The position numbers and the translations under genes were made by a program. The notes under the pieces are model-generated. The model did not search any database and was not told where the DNA came from. It worked only from the letters and a program-made list of their open reading frames with translations. A stretch of DNA of 64,000 nucleotides from Octopus vulgaris (lineage: Eukaryota): positions 14,818,001 through 14,882,000 of the forward strand of contig OX597843.1 in assembly GCA_951406725.2 (NCBI GenBank), in the 5' to 3' direction. Shown here in pieces: positions 30,426 through 44,584 of this stretch (its first letter is position 1; the number at the start of each line of letters is the position of its first letter).

Positions 30426-30570
30426 GGTGATATATTTATATACACATATACATATATATATGACTATATACACACACACACTCATATATATATATATGTA
30501 TATGCATATATACATACATATATGTATGTATATGCTTATTCTCACACACTCACACACACACACTCTTTTA

Positions 30571-30950
30571 CACTACCGTCAGAAATTAATTAGCACCCTT
30601 GATTTGCTCTTCACTCAAGGTATGTGCTGTCACCTAGTGGCCATATCTCGAACTATTGCTTTGTTGCGAGTTCACTGTTGCGCAGAACGATGACGTAACT
30701 TTGTTTGCAGAGCAGTTTGAGAGTCTACAGCCTTATGATGTTGACATAGCAGTGCAACAACAACTTGGAGTGCGGATGCAGACAAATCTTCCTTTGTTTA
30801 ATAGATATAGGTAGCGCCTCGCAAGGACCGAAATCACACCATACTAAGTTTTCTCATCGCGTAAGACGTTTTGAACAGCTCATAAGTTAATTGATTTAAC
30901 CTATTTAATGTAGAAATTTGAGAAGTGCTAATTAATTTCTGACGCAAGTG
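30571..30950. mobile_element. Tc1-like MITE (380 bp)
   Basis: TA|cactaccgtcagaaattaattagcac ... gtgctaattaatttctgacgcaagtg|TA. Confidence 0.85.
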
Positions 30951-30959
30951 TATATATGA

Positions 30960-31110
30960 TAGGTTTCTTTCAGTTTCCATCTACCAAATCCACTCACAAG
31001 GTTTTGGTCAGCTCAAGGCTATGGTAGAAGACACTTGCCCAAGGTTCCATGCAGTGGAACCGAATCTGGCACCATGTGGTTGGGAAGCAAGCTACTTACC
31101 ACACAGCCAC
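30960..31110 (-). mobile_element. SINE family A 5' portion
   Basis: ttcagtttccatctaccaaatccactcacaagg..cttaccacacagccac. Confidence 0.8.
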
Positions 31111-31541
31111 ATTATACATACTTACATATATATATACATACACATAGATATATATATATATAATATTATTTAGCACAACTCCTTCCATGCTGGCATGGGT
31201 TGGACGGACACTATGTACATACACAATATATCTATAACAACAATGTATGATTTGAGTAAACTTTGGCTGCTATTTCTAGCAAACACAAAGTGCTATCAAT
31301 AGGGAGACGCTGTAGGAGTTTTAGGACTTATTTTGAGAAAATTCTTGGCTTAATTTACAACCTGAATCGTTACTGAGGTTTCGTTACAATTACGGACAAT
31401 GTCGGACATTGCTTTAGAAGTGCAGAGAGTTTTGTCTGTTAAAATAAACGGTTTCCATTATTGGTTTGTGTAATTCTTGAGACCCAAGAGTCTTTTAGTG
31501 CTTCAGTTAAAGATATCAGTTCTTGCACCCGTATTTGGGCA

Positions 31542-31577
<36 letters not shown>

Positions 31578-31757
31578 TGTGAGTGTCTGTGTGTATATGC
31601 ATGTATTTATGTATGGATACATGCATGTATAATATATATGTGTGTCTGTGTGTACATGCGGTATATGTCTCCAGCTAAATATATGCATATATATATATAT
31701 AGATTTATATATGCATATATACATATGAGTAAATATATATAAAGAGACAAGTATGCC

Positions 31758-31823
<66 letters not shown>

Positions 31824-31922
31824 CATGTATATACACATATAAGTATGAATATATATATATATATATACATATACATGCATATACACATATAAGTATGCCT
31901 ATATATATATATATATATACAT

Positions 31923-31978
<56 letters not shown>

Positions 31979-32060
31979 TTACACATATAAGTATGAATAT
32001 ATATAAATATATATATACATGTATTTACACATATAAGTATGCCTATATATATATATATAT

Positions 32061-32106
<46 letters not shown>

Positions 32107-32128
32107 GCATATACACATATAAGTATGA

Positions 32129-32159
<31 letters not shown>

Positions 32160-32422
32160 TACATATACAGGCACATACACACATACACACACACACATAT
32201 ATACACACACATATATACTCATACATATGTATGCATAAGGGGACACAGGGTGAGAGTAACAGAGATGGTCACAGAGATAATGTCCAATCAATATCTTCCA
32301 GTTATTGTTTTTTTTTCTATTTCCATTTTTATATTTTCTCTCTTCAAATCGATTTCTAGCAGCCATGATGGGATTCTCTGATCTTGTGATCGAATTTGCC
32401 CCACTGCCTCACCATATTTGCA

Positions 32423-32429
<7 letters not shown>

Positions 32430-32491
<62 letters not shown>

Positions 32492-32514
32492 TATCTATTT
32501 ATCCATCCATCCAT

Positions 32515-32596
<82 letters not shown>

Positions 32597-32718
32597 GTCT
32601 GTCTGTCTGTCTGTCTATCTATATATATATATCCCCTTCTCTATCTATCTATCTATCTATCTATATCTATCTATCTATAGATGTCTGTTTGTCTGTCTGT
32701 CTGTCTCCACCCTCTCTC

Positions 32719-32768
<50 letters not shown>

Positions 32769-32790
32769 AATATATATATATATATATATT
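32430..32790. repeat. Compound (CT)n/(TA)n/(TATC)n/(CTGT)n microsatellite
   Basis: Directly visible. Confidence 0.95.
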
Positions 32791-33291
32791 TATTTATGAA
32801 TCTTTGTGTGTCAGTGATTTTGTGTGTGTTATGTGTGTATATATACACACACATATGTATATATAGGCATGTGTGTGTGTGCATACACAAACACACACGA
32901 AACACACACACACACATGTATACATAACTGCATACTGATAGATGAGAATTTATGTATATTTACACACACATAAATATATACATATATATACACACACACA
33001 TACACATACAAACATATACACATAGCCATATGTATATATACACACACACATATACACACATACATGCTTGTTTTTATGCTAAGTAATAATAAAGACGATT
33101 TTACATTAATCTGTCGAGTTTTTCCATCCTTTTGTAGAGACAAATATATTTTTCTTATATAAGAGCATCGTTGACAGTAACCTCGTAGTTTCGGCCAGCT
33201 AAACCATCATTGGATGATGGCTTAGCTGACTGGAACTTCGAAGTCAACAATGTTCTTGTATAAGAATAATAAATACATATACATACATACA

Positions 33292-33654
33292 AGTGTGGCT
33301 GTGTGGTAAGAAGCTTGTTTCCCAATCACATGGTTCTGGGTTCAGTCCCACTGCGTGGCACCTTGGGCAAGTGTCTTCTGCTTTAGCCAAAGACTTGTGA
33401 ATGGATTTTGTTGATGGAAACTGAAAAGAAGCTCATTACTCTTAGTCTCTTTTACTTGTTTCAGTCATTTGACTGCGGCCATGCTGGAGCACCGCCTTTA
33501 ATCGAGCAACTCGACCCCGGGACTTATTCTTTGTAAGCCCAGTACTTATTCTATCGGTCTCTTTTGCCGAACTGCTAGGTAACGGGGACATAAACACACC
33601 AGCATCGGTTGTGAAGCGATGTTGGGGAGACAAACACAGACACACAAATACACA

Positions 33655-33692
<38 letters not shown>

Positions 33693-34110
33693 TACGACGG
33701 GCTTCTTTCAGTTTCCGTCTACCAAATCCACTCACAAGGCTATGGTCGGCCCGAGGCTATAGTAGAAGACACTTGCCCAAGGTGCCACGCAGTGGGACTG
33801 AACCCAGAACCATGTGGTTGGTAAACAAGCTACTTACCACACAGCCACTCCTGTGCCATTGTATATATGTATATATTTATGTGTGTGTGTCTTTGTGTCT
33901 GTGTTTGTCCCCTGCCCATCACCTCTTGACGTCTGGTGTTGGTGTGTTTGCATCCCTGTAAACTAGCAGTTCAGTGAATGAGACTGATAGAATGAGTACC
34001 AGGCTGAAGATAGAAGTCCTCAGGTCGATTCGGTTAACTTAAAGCTGTCAAATGTGGTGCTCCAGCATGGCTGCAGTCAAATGAATGAAACGAGTAAAAG
34101 AATAAAAAAA
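33292..34110 (+). mobile_element. Older SINE family A split by a younger antisense family A copy (33436-33856)
   Basis: Outer 5' half ends gaagctcatt and resumes ccattgtatatatg; the inner copy is full length on the minus strand. Confidence 0.85.
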
Positions 34111-34609
34111 GTACACACACACATATACATACACACGTACACACACATATACATACACACGTACACACACATATACATACACACGTAGACAAACATATAT
34201 ACACACACATACACACACAAACACACACATACATACACACACATACACACACATACACACATACATACACACACATACACACACATACACACACATACAC
34301 ACATATACACACACATATATACACACACATATATACACACACATACACACACACACACATATACACACACACATATACACGCATACATACACACACATAC
34401 ACACTCACACATATACGCACACGTACATTTATGGATTTGTTCTGCAGGATTCCTGATGTGGAGCTGAGTGTTGAAACATATATCGTTATATTCCAGCAAG
34501 GTCCTTTTTGTTTTTTCTTTGTCAAATAAACACACACACACACTATATACTTGTTCTTCTATACACTATACACTCATTCTCCACTCATTTACTACTGTCC
34601 TTATTTTAT

Positions 34610-34745
34610 TATTTCTTTACTACCCACAAGGGGCTAAACACAGAGGGGACAAACAAGGACAGACAAAGGGATTAAGTCGATTACATCGCCTCCAGTGCGT
34701 AACTGGTACTTAATTTATCAACCCCGAAAGGATGAAAGGCAAATT
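34610..34745 (-). mobile_element. SINE family I 3' part
   Basis: Reverse complement of tttgcctttcatcctttcggggt..agtaccagttacgcactgg. Confidence 0.75.
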
Positions 34746-34899
34746 TTATCTTATATTCATTTTCTGGAAATCACCCACCTGTAACCTCTTCAGTGACAGT
34801 CCATCCCATGTGTCACCTCCTGGTCTGTTTAGTTCATTCTATCTTTCTATGTTGTGTATCCCTATCTGCACATGTGTTTGCATTTGTATTTGTGTGTGT

Positions 34900-35222
34900 A
34901 TCCCAGACCGGGCGTTGTGAGTGTTTATTGAGCGAAAACACCTAAAAGCTCCACGAGGCTCTGGCAGGGATGGTGGTGATCCCTGCTGTACTCTTTCACC
35001 ACAACTTTCTCTCACTCTTACTTCCTGTTTCTGTTGTACCTGTATTTCAAAGGGCCAGCCTTGTCACTCTCTGTGTCACGCTGAATATCCCCGAGAACTA
35101 CGTTAAGGGTTCACGTGTCTGTGGAGTGCTCAGCCACTTGCACGTTAATTTCACGAGCAGGCTGTTCCGTTGATCGGATCAACCGGAACCCTCATCGTTG
35201 TAACCGACGGAGTGCTTCCATC
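34900..35222 (+). mobile_element. SINE family B, 5'-truncated
   Basis: Near-identical to 16455-16779. Confidence 0.9.
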
Positions 35223-35454
35223 ATTTGTGTGTGTGTGTGTGTGTGAGAATGTATGTCTATGTGTTTCGTGTGTTTGTTTTGTGTCTGTATATTGGTTTGT
35301 TTATTATACTGTTTGTATCTGTGCCCTTTATCTATATATTTCATTTTTATCTATTTATATATTTACTTATCTATTTTTCCATTTCATCTGAAGTATGTGT
35401 ATGTATGCCTTTTGTTTGGATGTATATAGGTTCATGCATGATACTCTTTGTATC

Positions 35455-36083
35455 TGTCGGGTGAGGCTTAGTTTTTTGGGATGAGTGAAGACTAAGCTTA
35501 ACGGTAGCTGATACAATTCTGTGGTCAGAGCCGACAGAACTAAAGGAAGAGTAGGATCTCGAGTCTTTAACACTATTGCGCCATTTCTTTCGAAAGATGA
35601 GGTAGTCAATTTGTGCCCTATCACTAAGTAGAGACTTCAAACTTGAAATATTCAAAGCCACAGTCGAACCAATTCTACTATATGGCTCAGAAACCTGGAT
35701 GTTATCAAAGAAGCTTGAGAGGCGGTTGGATGGAATCTACACTCGCCTCCTTCTGAGAGCTCAAAATCTCTCGTGGAAGCGCCATCCAACCAAAATGCAA
35801 GTATATGGGAAATTACCACCTGTGTCATCTCTTGTGAAAGGTAGGAGAGTCCAGTTTGCTGGACATTGTTGTAGAGCTGAAAAAGAGGTAATTTCTACTC
35901 TTCTCCTCTGGAAGCCATCTACTCGCAATACCAGAGGGCGCACACTCTCCTACCCTGATGTAATCTCCAGGGATACAGGCATCCAGCAACAGGACCTCCG
36001 TAATGCTATGATGGACCGTGAAGTCTGGCGTAACATAGTAAATTCCATTGTCTCGACCACGGTCGAACAATGATGATGATGAT
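35455..36083 (+). pseudogene. RTE LINE copy with an inverted 5' segment
   Basis: Minus strand QIDYLIFRKKWRNSVKD..GSDHRIVSATVKL (EN end); plus strand IFKATVEPILLYGSETW..FAGHC..DREVWR then a (GAT)n tail. Confidence 0.85.
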
Positions 36084-36114
36084 TGTATCTGTCTCATTTT
36101 CCTTTTCTCATTCT

Positions 36115-36810
36115 GTCTTTGTCATGCTGTGTAGTGTGGTGGTCATGAGTGTTATTGTTCCATTCATCTTTTCTGTCTATTACTATATGTGTGGCCTCTT
36201 TAATCTGTCTAAGTATCATGTCTGTTCTATGCATTAATAATACTTTAACATCTACGTTATTAACTGAGCCACTATGTTCTGATTGAGCATATTGACAGAG
36301 CACTGATGAGCTTTTCTCCTCTTTGAGCTCCCACCAGTATTCATCTATCTGTTCTCCAATGCTATGTGCTGTCTCCCCAATATATATTCTTGTCTTATTT
36401 CTGCACCATTTCTCAGTGCACCGTATGCTATAAACAACATTCCTAATCTTACATTTAATCTGTGGGCTCATCCTATCTACTATACAGTTGTTCTTCATAC
36501 ATGGGGGCTTTTTGAGTTAGCTGGTCTTTCTACTACTTGAATGTGTAAATTAGCTTTTCTAGTATTTTTCTAAAAAAGGATATAATCATTTGCTATCAGG
36601 AGTAAACCTGACACTCTGGTATTTTTGGTTGTCTTACCATGAGTTGGTCTTATCTATTTTCTTCTTCATCTTTTCTGTTCTGTTCCAGGATTTACTCCTG
36701 TTTAGTGGGGAGATCCCATTTGCATTCCTCTCAATAATGACCTTGTACTTAACCCTGTTCCTTTGACCGTAGCCAGAAAATTGCACATGATGGATGAAGT
36801 GTTGCATGTG
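36115..36810 (-). pseudogene. Penelope-like element RT-thumb/GIY-YIG endonuclease remnant
   Basis: QFSGY, then CKIRNVVYSIRC..C..IYIGET..EH..RQIKEA. Confidence 0.85.
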
Positions 36811-36814
36811 TTTT

Positions 36815-37040
36815 TCCACCACCACCACCACCACAACAACCACCACCACCACCACCACCACCACCACAATCACCACCACCAACATCATCACCACCACCAC
36901 CACCACCACCACCACCACAACAACAACAACCACCACCATCAACACCACCACAGCAAACCCCCCCACCACCACAACAACAACAACATCAACAACCACCACC
37001 ACCACCACCACCACAGCAACCCCCCCACCACCACCGCCAT
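36815..37040. repeat. (CAC/CAA)n triplet repeat
   Basis: Directly visible. Confidence 0.95.
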
Positions 37041-37469
37041 AAACTCTCTCCCAGTATCTCAAAACATTGCACTGAGGTATACTATAGTGCAAATTAATCT
37101 GCTGAGACTAATGAGAAGACAAATTAATTGAAGCTAAACAGAAGCTAATTGACATTTTCAAAATTGTTCATAATGGCTTCTTCCTTAACGAAGAATATGA
37201 TTTTTTTTTTCTCTAAACTCTACAAATTGAGTTAAGTGGTTTTCATTTCTCCTGAGCTATGCAGAAATTTTTTCCTTTTTACCTCTTAGTCAGGGAAAGA
37301 AAGCAGCCTACCAAACTCAACCTTCACATGAGACTTCACTTTTCTACTGTCTCTAAGAGCTAAAGTGTTGGTCATTGTACTTGTTGTTGTTGTTGCTGAG
37401 TCACAGGTCAGCTTTGATTCAACAAAATTGATTATTTGGGGTAATAAAAACTTTAATTTTCTTTTTGTC

Positions 37470-38035
37470 TTTGACCAGTAAGTGTCATCTCCTATTTACC
37501 TCTATCTAGAAATCAAAGGAAATGACTTCTATTCCCTTCAAATTTTACTTTATCACCTGGACACCAAATTATTAAAAACTGACCTATTTTCCATTACATT
37601 TCAGACAGATTCAGTGCTGAGTTGCTGAAGCAGAAATATCGTTATAGCAAATATTCTGCCCAACACCACAGATTTGCTTGTTGTCTTTGGTCAGTAAGTT
37701 TTATTTCCTATTTGCCTCTATCCAGAAATCAAAATGTAATTAATTACTTCTATTCCCTTCAAACTTTGCTTTTGTCACCTGGACATCAATGTTTTCAAAC
37801 TGACCCATTTTCCATTACATTTCACACAGATTCACTGCTGAGTTGCTGAAGCAGAAATATCGTTATAGCAAATATTCTGCCCAATACCACAGGTTTGCTT
37901 GTCAGTTGTTTGACCTTAACCAGCTGAGTATGTCCCTTAGTGGATGACAATATGTGCATCTCTGATCACAAGCAGAAGTAGTGGGGGGGGCATCATAGTC
38001 CTGTGTTGAGAGGGATTCTTTGGGCTTTGAATAAA
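37470..38035 (+). repeat. ~215-bp direct duplication within a probable retroelement 3' end
   Basis: 37470-37683 resembles 37688-37902 (gctgagttgctgaagcagaaatatcgttatagcaaatattctgccc occurs twice). Confidence 0.75.
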
Positions 38036-38410
38036 TGTAACAAAGCAAAATTTCATACTTTCTAGGGGTCAGCAAATGGGCAATGACAGTTGCTTGCCAA
38101 GGACAAAAGTCGTGTTACACAGTGTTACCCAAGAGGAATCGGCAGAACCTAATACATATCGTATCTAGTTCCATGGATTATGTGTCCTGCAATGACTTCA
38201 CTGAAGAGCTACGGATGATCTCATTAGCAATGGTTGATTGCGAAATCTTAAGGTATGGAGTTAATTGCCCTATTTTGTCTCCTTTCATTTGTCTCACTCG
38301 CATACATTCGGGCATTGGCTAAAATTTTTGAGAACATTTTCTTCATGGTAAGACAATTTGGCATCTTCTTCTAGCATATTAGGAATCCACCTTGGTGGCT
38401 ATTCCTCTTA

Positions 38411-38702
38411 CATCATCATCATCATCATCATCATCGTTTAGCGTCCGCTTTCCATGCTAGCATGGGTTGGACGGTTCTACTGGGGTCTGGCAAGCCGGAA
38501 GGCTTCATCAGGCCCAGTCAAATCTGGCAGTGTTTCTACGGCTGGATGCCCTTCCTAACGCCAACCACTCCGAGAGTGTAGTGGGTGCTTTTTACGTGCC
38601 ACCCGCACAGGTGCCAGACAGAGCTGGCAAACGGCCATGAACGGATGGTGCTTTTTATGTGCCACCGGCATGAGGGCCAGGCGAGGCTGGCAACGGACAC
38701 GA
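38411..38702 (-). mobile_element. Family D 3' end
   Basis: Reverse complement of 14000-14288. Confidence 0.85.
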
Positions 38703-39349
38703 TATATATATATATATATATATGACAGTATTGTGTGATTTGCAGGAGATATTGGCTGTTGTTTCTAGTGGGTCTTACTACCATGTAGCAGTTTCCTTGA
38801 TTCGTTCATTCATAAGACAGTAGGGTGTTATTTGAGGGAGATTTAGCTGCTATACATATATATACACTATATGTATATATCCAAACAGGGAGTTGGAAAA
38901 CAGTCTTTGTTATTATTTAGTCACCATTACACATGTTTCATTTGCTAATAGGAATTACTTGTACATATTGGAAAATATCTTAGAAATTTCCTATTAGTAT
39001 TACAATATCATTTGATTCTCTTTCAGAAGAATTTTTCATAGGAAATTTCTTACATGTTTATCCAATGTGTGTGATGATTTGAGCATTGATCTTCATCAGA
39101 AAGAGACAAGAGTATGTCCAAGGAAAGGAAAAGAATAGAAGGATCAGGAAAGGGGCTCAGCAAAGTGCAACACAACCAAAACCGAGTTCCTTAGTGGGTT
39201 CCACACTCTACTCCAGTATCCAGTGTAGAATGATGCGGGGCATCAACCCGAGGATAGGCTATAGTGTATTTTGTGACAGAACACTGATGAGGTGGTTTGC
39301 AGGAGTGTGTAATGTTTTTACTACTTGTATGTAATTGTTTTGGCCTTAA

Positions 39350-39620
39350 TGCAAGCACAAGACCACCCACCCTGGTAAAGGCGCACAGACAGACATGTCA
39401 CCACCTCCTAACAGAACAGTGTTGCAGGGTCACGAAGAAAAGAAAACGTGAACTGCCCAATTCCAGATTGAACTCGTTGCCTTCATTCCCAACCGACCAC
39501 CAATGCTCAGCCTGCAGCAGAACCTTCTGGGCATGCATCGGACTGATTGGCCACATCTGGACTCACTGTGATCCACCTTCTTCTTCTATGTGATGTCTTT
39601 GGACATCGTTGGATGAACTG
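39350..39620 (+). pseudogene. RTE LINE 3' end with a C2H2-like finger
   Basis: HQCSACSRTFWACIGLIGHIWTH. Confidence 0.7.
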
Positions 39621-39909
39621 ATAATTATAAATCTGGCATTTTTTAAAAACACGTCTTATATCACATCGGGAACCCCAGGTGCTGCAAACGTCTTTTATTC
39701 ACTGGTAATACCCCAGCATGGCCACAGTCTGAGGGCTGAAATGTTTAAAAGAATAGAAGAATAAAAGAATGTCCATAAATCTTTGAATCCCACACCTTTT
39801 TTCAGCTTACACACACATACACACACACACACATACACACTGAATGGAAATAAATATACCAAGGTACTCTTATCCACTGCTCTAACCACACAGCTCCACA
39901 AATTGACTT

Positions 39910-40605
39910 AAGATCGCAGAATCATTAGCATACCAGACAAAATGCTTAGCAGCTCATTGTCCATTGGTATGTTCTGAGTTCAAATTCTGCTGAGGTTGAC
40001 TTTGCCTTTCATCCTTTTTGGGTCGATAAATAAAGTACCAGTTATGCACTGGGGTCGATGTAATCGACTTAATCCCTTTGTCTTTGTACCCCCTATGTTT
40101 AGCTCCTAGTGGGCAATAAAGAAATATATATATATACGTGTGTGTGTATTTTGTTGATGATGGTGATGATGGTAATGGTGTTTCTATGGTTACGGTAGTG
40201 CTGATGATGGTAGTAGTGGTGGTGACGTTATGTTCTGAGTTCAAATTCCACCAAAGTCGACTTTGCCTTTCATCCTTTTCAGGATCAATAAAATAAGTAC
40301 CAGCTATGCACTGGGGTCAATGTAAATGACTTGCCTCCTCTCCCCAAACTTCAGGCTTTGTGCCTGCAGTAAGAAAGGATTATTATTATGATTACTATCT
40401 CTCAAAACGCTAAGGCCAAATGTGTTATACTGTCATGTGACTAGTTGAAGGAAAAGTTCTGAGTTCAAATTCTGCTGAGGTTGACTTTGCCTTTCATCCT
40501 TCCAGGGTCAGTAAATCCAGTACCAGTTAAGCACTGGGGCTGATGTAATCTTCTTAACCCAACACCCAAACTTGCTGGCCTTGTGCTGAAAATTGAAACC
40601 AATAT
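39910..40605 (+). mobile_element. Three adjacent copies of SINE family I (Meta-domain-like core)
   Basis: ttctgagttcaaatt..gactttgcctttcatcc..agtaccag..cactgggg at ~39972, 40233 and 40457. Confidence 0.75.
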
Positions 40606-40639
40606 AATAAACCTATGTACTCCCTCTGCCATTCCTTTA

Positions 40640-40879
40640 ACCATTCTGTAAGCTTATACGCCCCAGCTACAGCCCTTTGACAGTTTCACAAACACCACCT
40701 TTGCTGGAGTCTTCAATACACACAGCACATCCTGGTTTACAAACAGAACTGGCAACAAAAGAGGTGATGCAATATTATTGCTGCAAATCAACTCTCTTTA
40801 TATCTTAAACAATTTACACGAATACGACACAAACTCTCTCTCTCTCTCACATACACACACATAGACATGCAAAGATTTG

Positions 40880-40913
<34 letters not shown>

Positions 40914-41001
40914 TGTGTGTGTATGTATGTATGTATGTATGTATGAATGTGTGTATGTATGTACATATGTATGTATGTATATATGTATGTATATATGTAT
41001 G

Positions 41002-41035
<34 letters not shown>

Positions 41036-41297
41036 TGTATATATGTATGTATATATGTATGTATATATGTATGTATATATGTATGTATATATGTATGTAT
41101 GTATGTATATATGTATATATGTATGTATGTATGTATATATGTATGTATATATGTATGTATATATGTATGTATGTATGTGTGTATGTATGTATGCATGTAT
41201 GTATGTATATATGTATGTATATATGTATGTATATATGTATGTATATATGTATGTATATATGTATGTATGTATGTATGTATATATGTATGTATGTATG

Positions 41298-41328
<31 letters not shown>

Positions 41329-41690
41329 ACATACATATATACATACATACACACACACACATATATATATATATATATGACAGCAAGCCAATTAGAACAA
41401 CTCTTTACCCCAGACATTACCTTCTCCTCCACACACCCAGCCACCACAACGATTTGGCAGAGACTCCTCCAACTTTCATCCGACCACCTGCCAATTATAA
41501 TTAGAAACCACACTCGTACATCAATGAAGAAAGCAAAATCATTTTTACAATTCTCAAAAATAAACCAAGATGCAATGGGACGAGTTCCATGGAAAAACTG
41601 AATCATAGTTTTCCAGATTCAACTTCACAGACATTGAGACAGACTTTGCGGTAAATACAGTGGTTGGAGTAATTAATGGCCCAGGGGAGA
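40640..41690 (+). pseudogene. APE-endonuclease fragment of an I/Jockey-group LINE split by a (TATG)n expansion (~40880-41375)
   Basis: AGVFNTHSTSW..NKRG before the microsatellite; [16 protein letters not shown] after it. Confidence 0.7.
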
Positions 41691-41829
41691 AGCTTGCTTT
41701 CAAAACACTTGGTCCCAGGTGCAGTTCTAGTGTGTGGCACATTCTGCAGTCCCAGTCTGACTGAAACCTTATAAGGGAATTTGGTAGATGGAAACTGAAA
41801 GAAGCCCATCGTATATATTTACATATGCA

Positions 41830-42320
41830 TACATACATACATACACACAGACAGACATGCATACATATACAAACACATACATATTAATACATATACATAT
41901 ACACATACATACGTACATATATACATACATACATACATATATACATACATACATACATACATATATACATACATACATACGTACGTACATACATACATAC
42001 ATATATACATACATACATACATATATACATACATACATACGTACGTACATACATACATACATATATACATACATATATACATACATATATACATACATAC
42101 ATACATACATATATACATACATATATACATACATACATACATACATACATACATACATACATACATACATACAAACATACATTCATGCATACAAATATAC
42201 ATACATACATACATACATACATACAAACATATATACATACATATATACATACATATATACATACATATATACATACATACATACATACCAACATACATAC
42301 ATACATACATACGAACATAT

Positions 42321-42370
<50 letters not shown>
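41830..42370. repeat. (CATA)n/(CA)n microsatellite
   Basis: Directly visible. Confidence 0.95.
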
Positions 42371-42374
<4 letters not shown>

Positions 42375-43232
42375 GATGTGGTGAATAAGCTGTTATCTAG
42401 ATTATACAAAAATGAAAATAACACTGATATCTCATTTTAACAGATATGTTTACCAAAATTACACAGAAATATCTTGAAATACTAAAGAATAAATTTATTC
42501 AATAAAATCGCCATTGGCTTCAACCAAGGCCTCCAGATGACATCGGAATCTCTGGCAATTCTTCTCAATAGTTTCCTTGTTTTAAGTTGGTGAAAGCTGC
42601 CATAATCCTTGCCTTCAGACCAAGTTTTGTGTAACAAGGAGTTTTATTTGTCTCTCACTCAACTGTGCCCCACACAACAATCAAGAGGATCACAGTCTGG
42701 GGATCTAGGTGGCCAGATGTTAGGGGTGATGTGGTTGCAGAAATTGTCTGATAGCCATGACTGGGTTCCCCTGCTTGCATGGCATGGTGCCAGACAAGGT
42801 CTTCCAGCAGCCACCCTCTTGGCTCAGGGCAGCACTACCTCCTCCAGGCACTTGATGTAGGCTTCTGTGTTAAGTGTGAGGCCATGTGGGAAGATGAATG
42901 GAGGCATAATGTTGCCATCACTAGAGATCACTCCAAACACCATGATGTTGACTGGATGTTTGATTTTTATTACTCTCGGTACATGTTCTCAGATTGTACT
43001 TTTCTCAGATTAACACCCAAACACTCTGAAATGTTCATATTGGGGCTTCTGGCGTGAATACCAAACAGTGCAGCATGTCGTTTCCAAGTTTCTGGCAGAG
43101 TGAATTACGCCATGGTGCTGTTTTTCTCACAGATGGTTCCCAACTGACCCTACTATACTGTGCAGTTGACAAAATCAAAAACAAACCAAATTAAAAATAT
43201 AACATGGCGACAATTTATCCATCGCACCCCCC
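42370..43232 (-). mobile_element. Second copy of the DD37D (maT) deletion derivative
   Basis: Colinear reverse complement of 16891-17741, including both ends. Confidence 0.88.
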
Positions 43233-43255
43233 TCTATCTCTCTCTATATATGTGC

Positions 43256-43360
<105 letters not shown>

Positions 43361-43550
43361 GAAAAGGAAATGAAGAAAATGCTGACAAAATAATTTAAGT
43401 AAGGGAGAGTGTATTTAATTAGGTGAAAGTTCTTTTTACCGGTTGCGCATTTGTTATGCTTATCAAAAGATATTTTGAGTGAGATAGAGTTCCTTTCTGA
43501 TTGATTTTTTTCTTTCATATATCACAACACGTGTTCCACATCTCCTTTTT

Positions 43551-43592
<42 letters not shown>

Positions 43593-44070
43593 GAAAAATA
43601 GATTGAGAATTGTTCAGATTTTATTTATTATTGATGATGATGATGATATTTAATGATTTAACCGGTTTCACAGTTTACTCTGATTTCCAAAAGCTTAAAA
43701 TAGAAAGACGTGGCTTATGTCTTGCTTTTGAAGTTTGTCCTATTTTTATAGCGAGTTCGTGGCTCAAATTCATATGTTTTGAATAGGATTTGATTGGTAG
43801 AGGATAGTCCCATGACTGGTCTTAGAAACTTTTGTGGTTTCCAGTATCCAGTGACAGTGTTTAGTGTCATAAATTAAGGCTGACATGGTTGACTGAACCA
43901 AACAAACGATGCTTCGAATGTTTTCTGTTAGGTGCAAAATATGCTGTCATGTGACACAAATGCACGGACGTAGTGGGGAATGTTGAAAAGGTTCTAAACT
44001 TAATCACGTGTTCATTCTCTACAAACACTTGATAGAAAACATTCAGAGCATTTAATTCTTTTACCACGTA

Positions 44071-44107
<37 letters not shown>

Positions 44108-44109
44108 GT

Positions 44110-44552
44110 TTTGTTAATGACAGACAGAAGATGGAAGATACGAGAATGTTTATTAATCACGACATTTGTTTCGATACATCTAGCATCGATCCTGCATGGC
44201 TGGATGTTGTGATGAGTGTTATGCTTATGAGAAAGTCAGAAATTATTTGGACTTTCACCATAACATATTGTTATTATTGTCACACTGCCTTCCTCATATG
44301 GTGCTTACAGTCGGTACTATTGTGGTCCCATGGTCAAAGTTTGAGCCTGATCTTGCCATTTTTCTTTCTGGCTTTACAGTGGCTGCTCCACTAGCAATGT
44401 CCACTGAAGAAGAACAAAGAACAGTGATCTGATTTCTCTGGTCGGAAGATGTGTCAGGGGCTGAAATTCATTGGAGGCTTTTAGCCCACTACGGGGACAG
44501 TGCGTAGAAGCATGTATGAGTGGATCGAGAAGTTTAAAACTGTCCAGACATA
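44110..44552 (+). pseudogene. Mariner left end and transposase N-terminal HTH remnant
   Basis: EEQRTVI*FLWSEDVSGAEIHWRLLAHYGDSA..MYEWIEKFK. Confidence 0.75.
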
Positions 44553-44584
44553 TGTATAACATCATCTATAGCAGAAGTGTTAGG

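Noticed and set aside
38925-39105. Two hammerhead-like motifs on the minus strand
   Set aside because: The cores are too degenerate (TAAA for GAAA; incomplete CUGANGA) to call without a family consensus.
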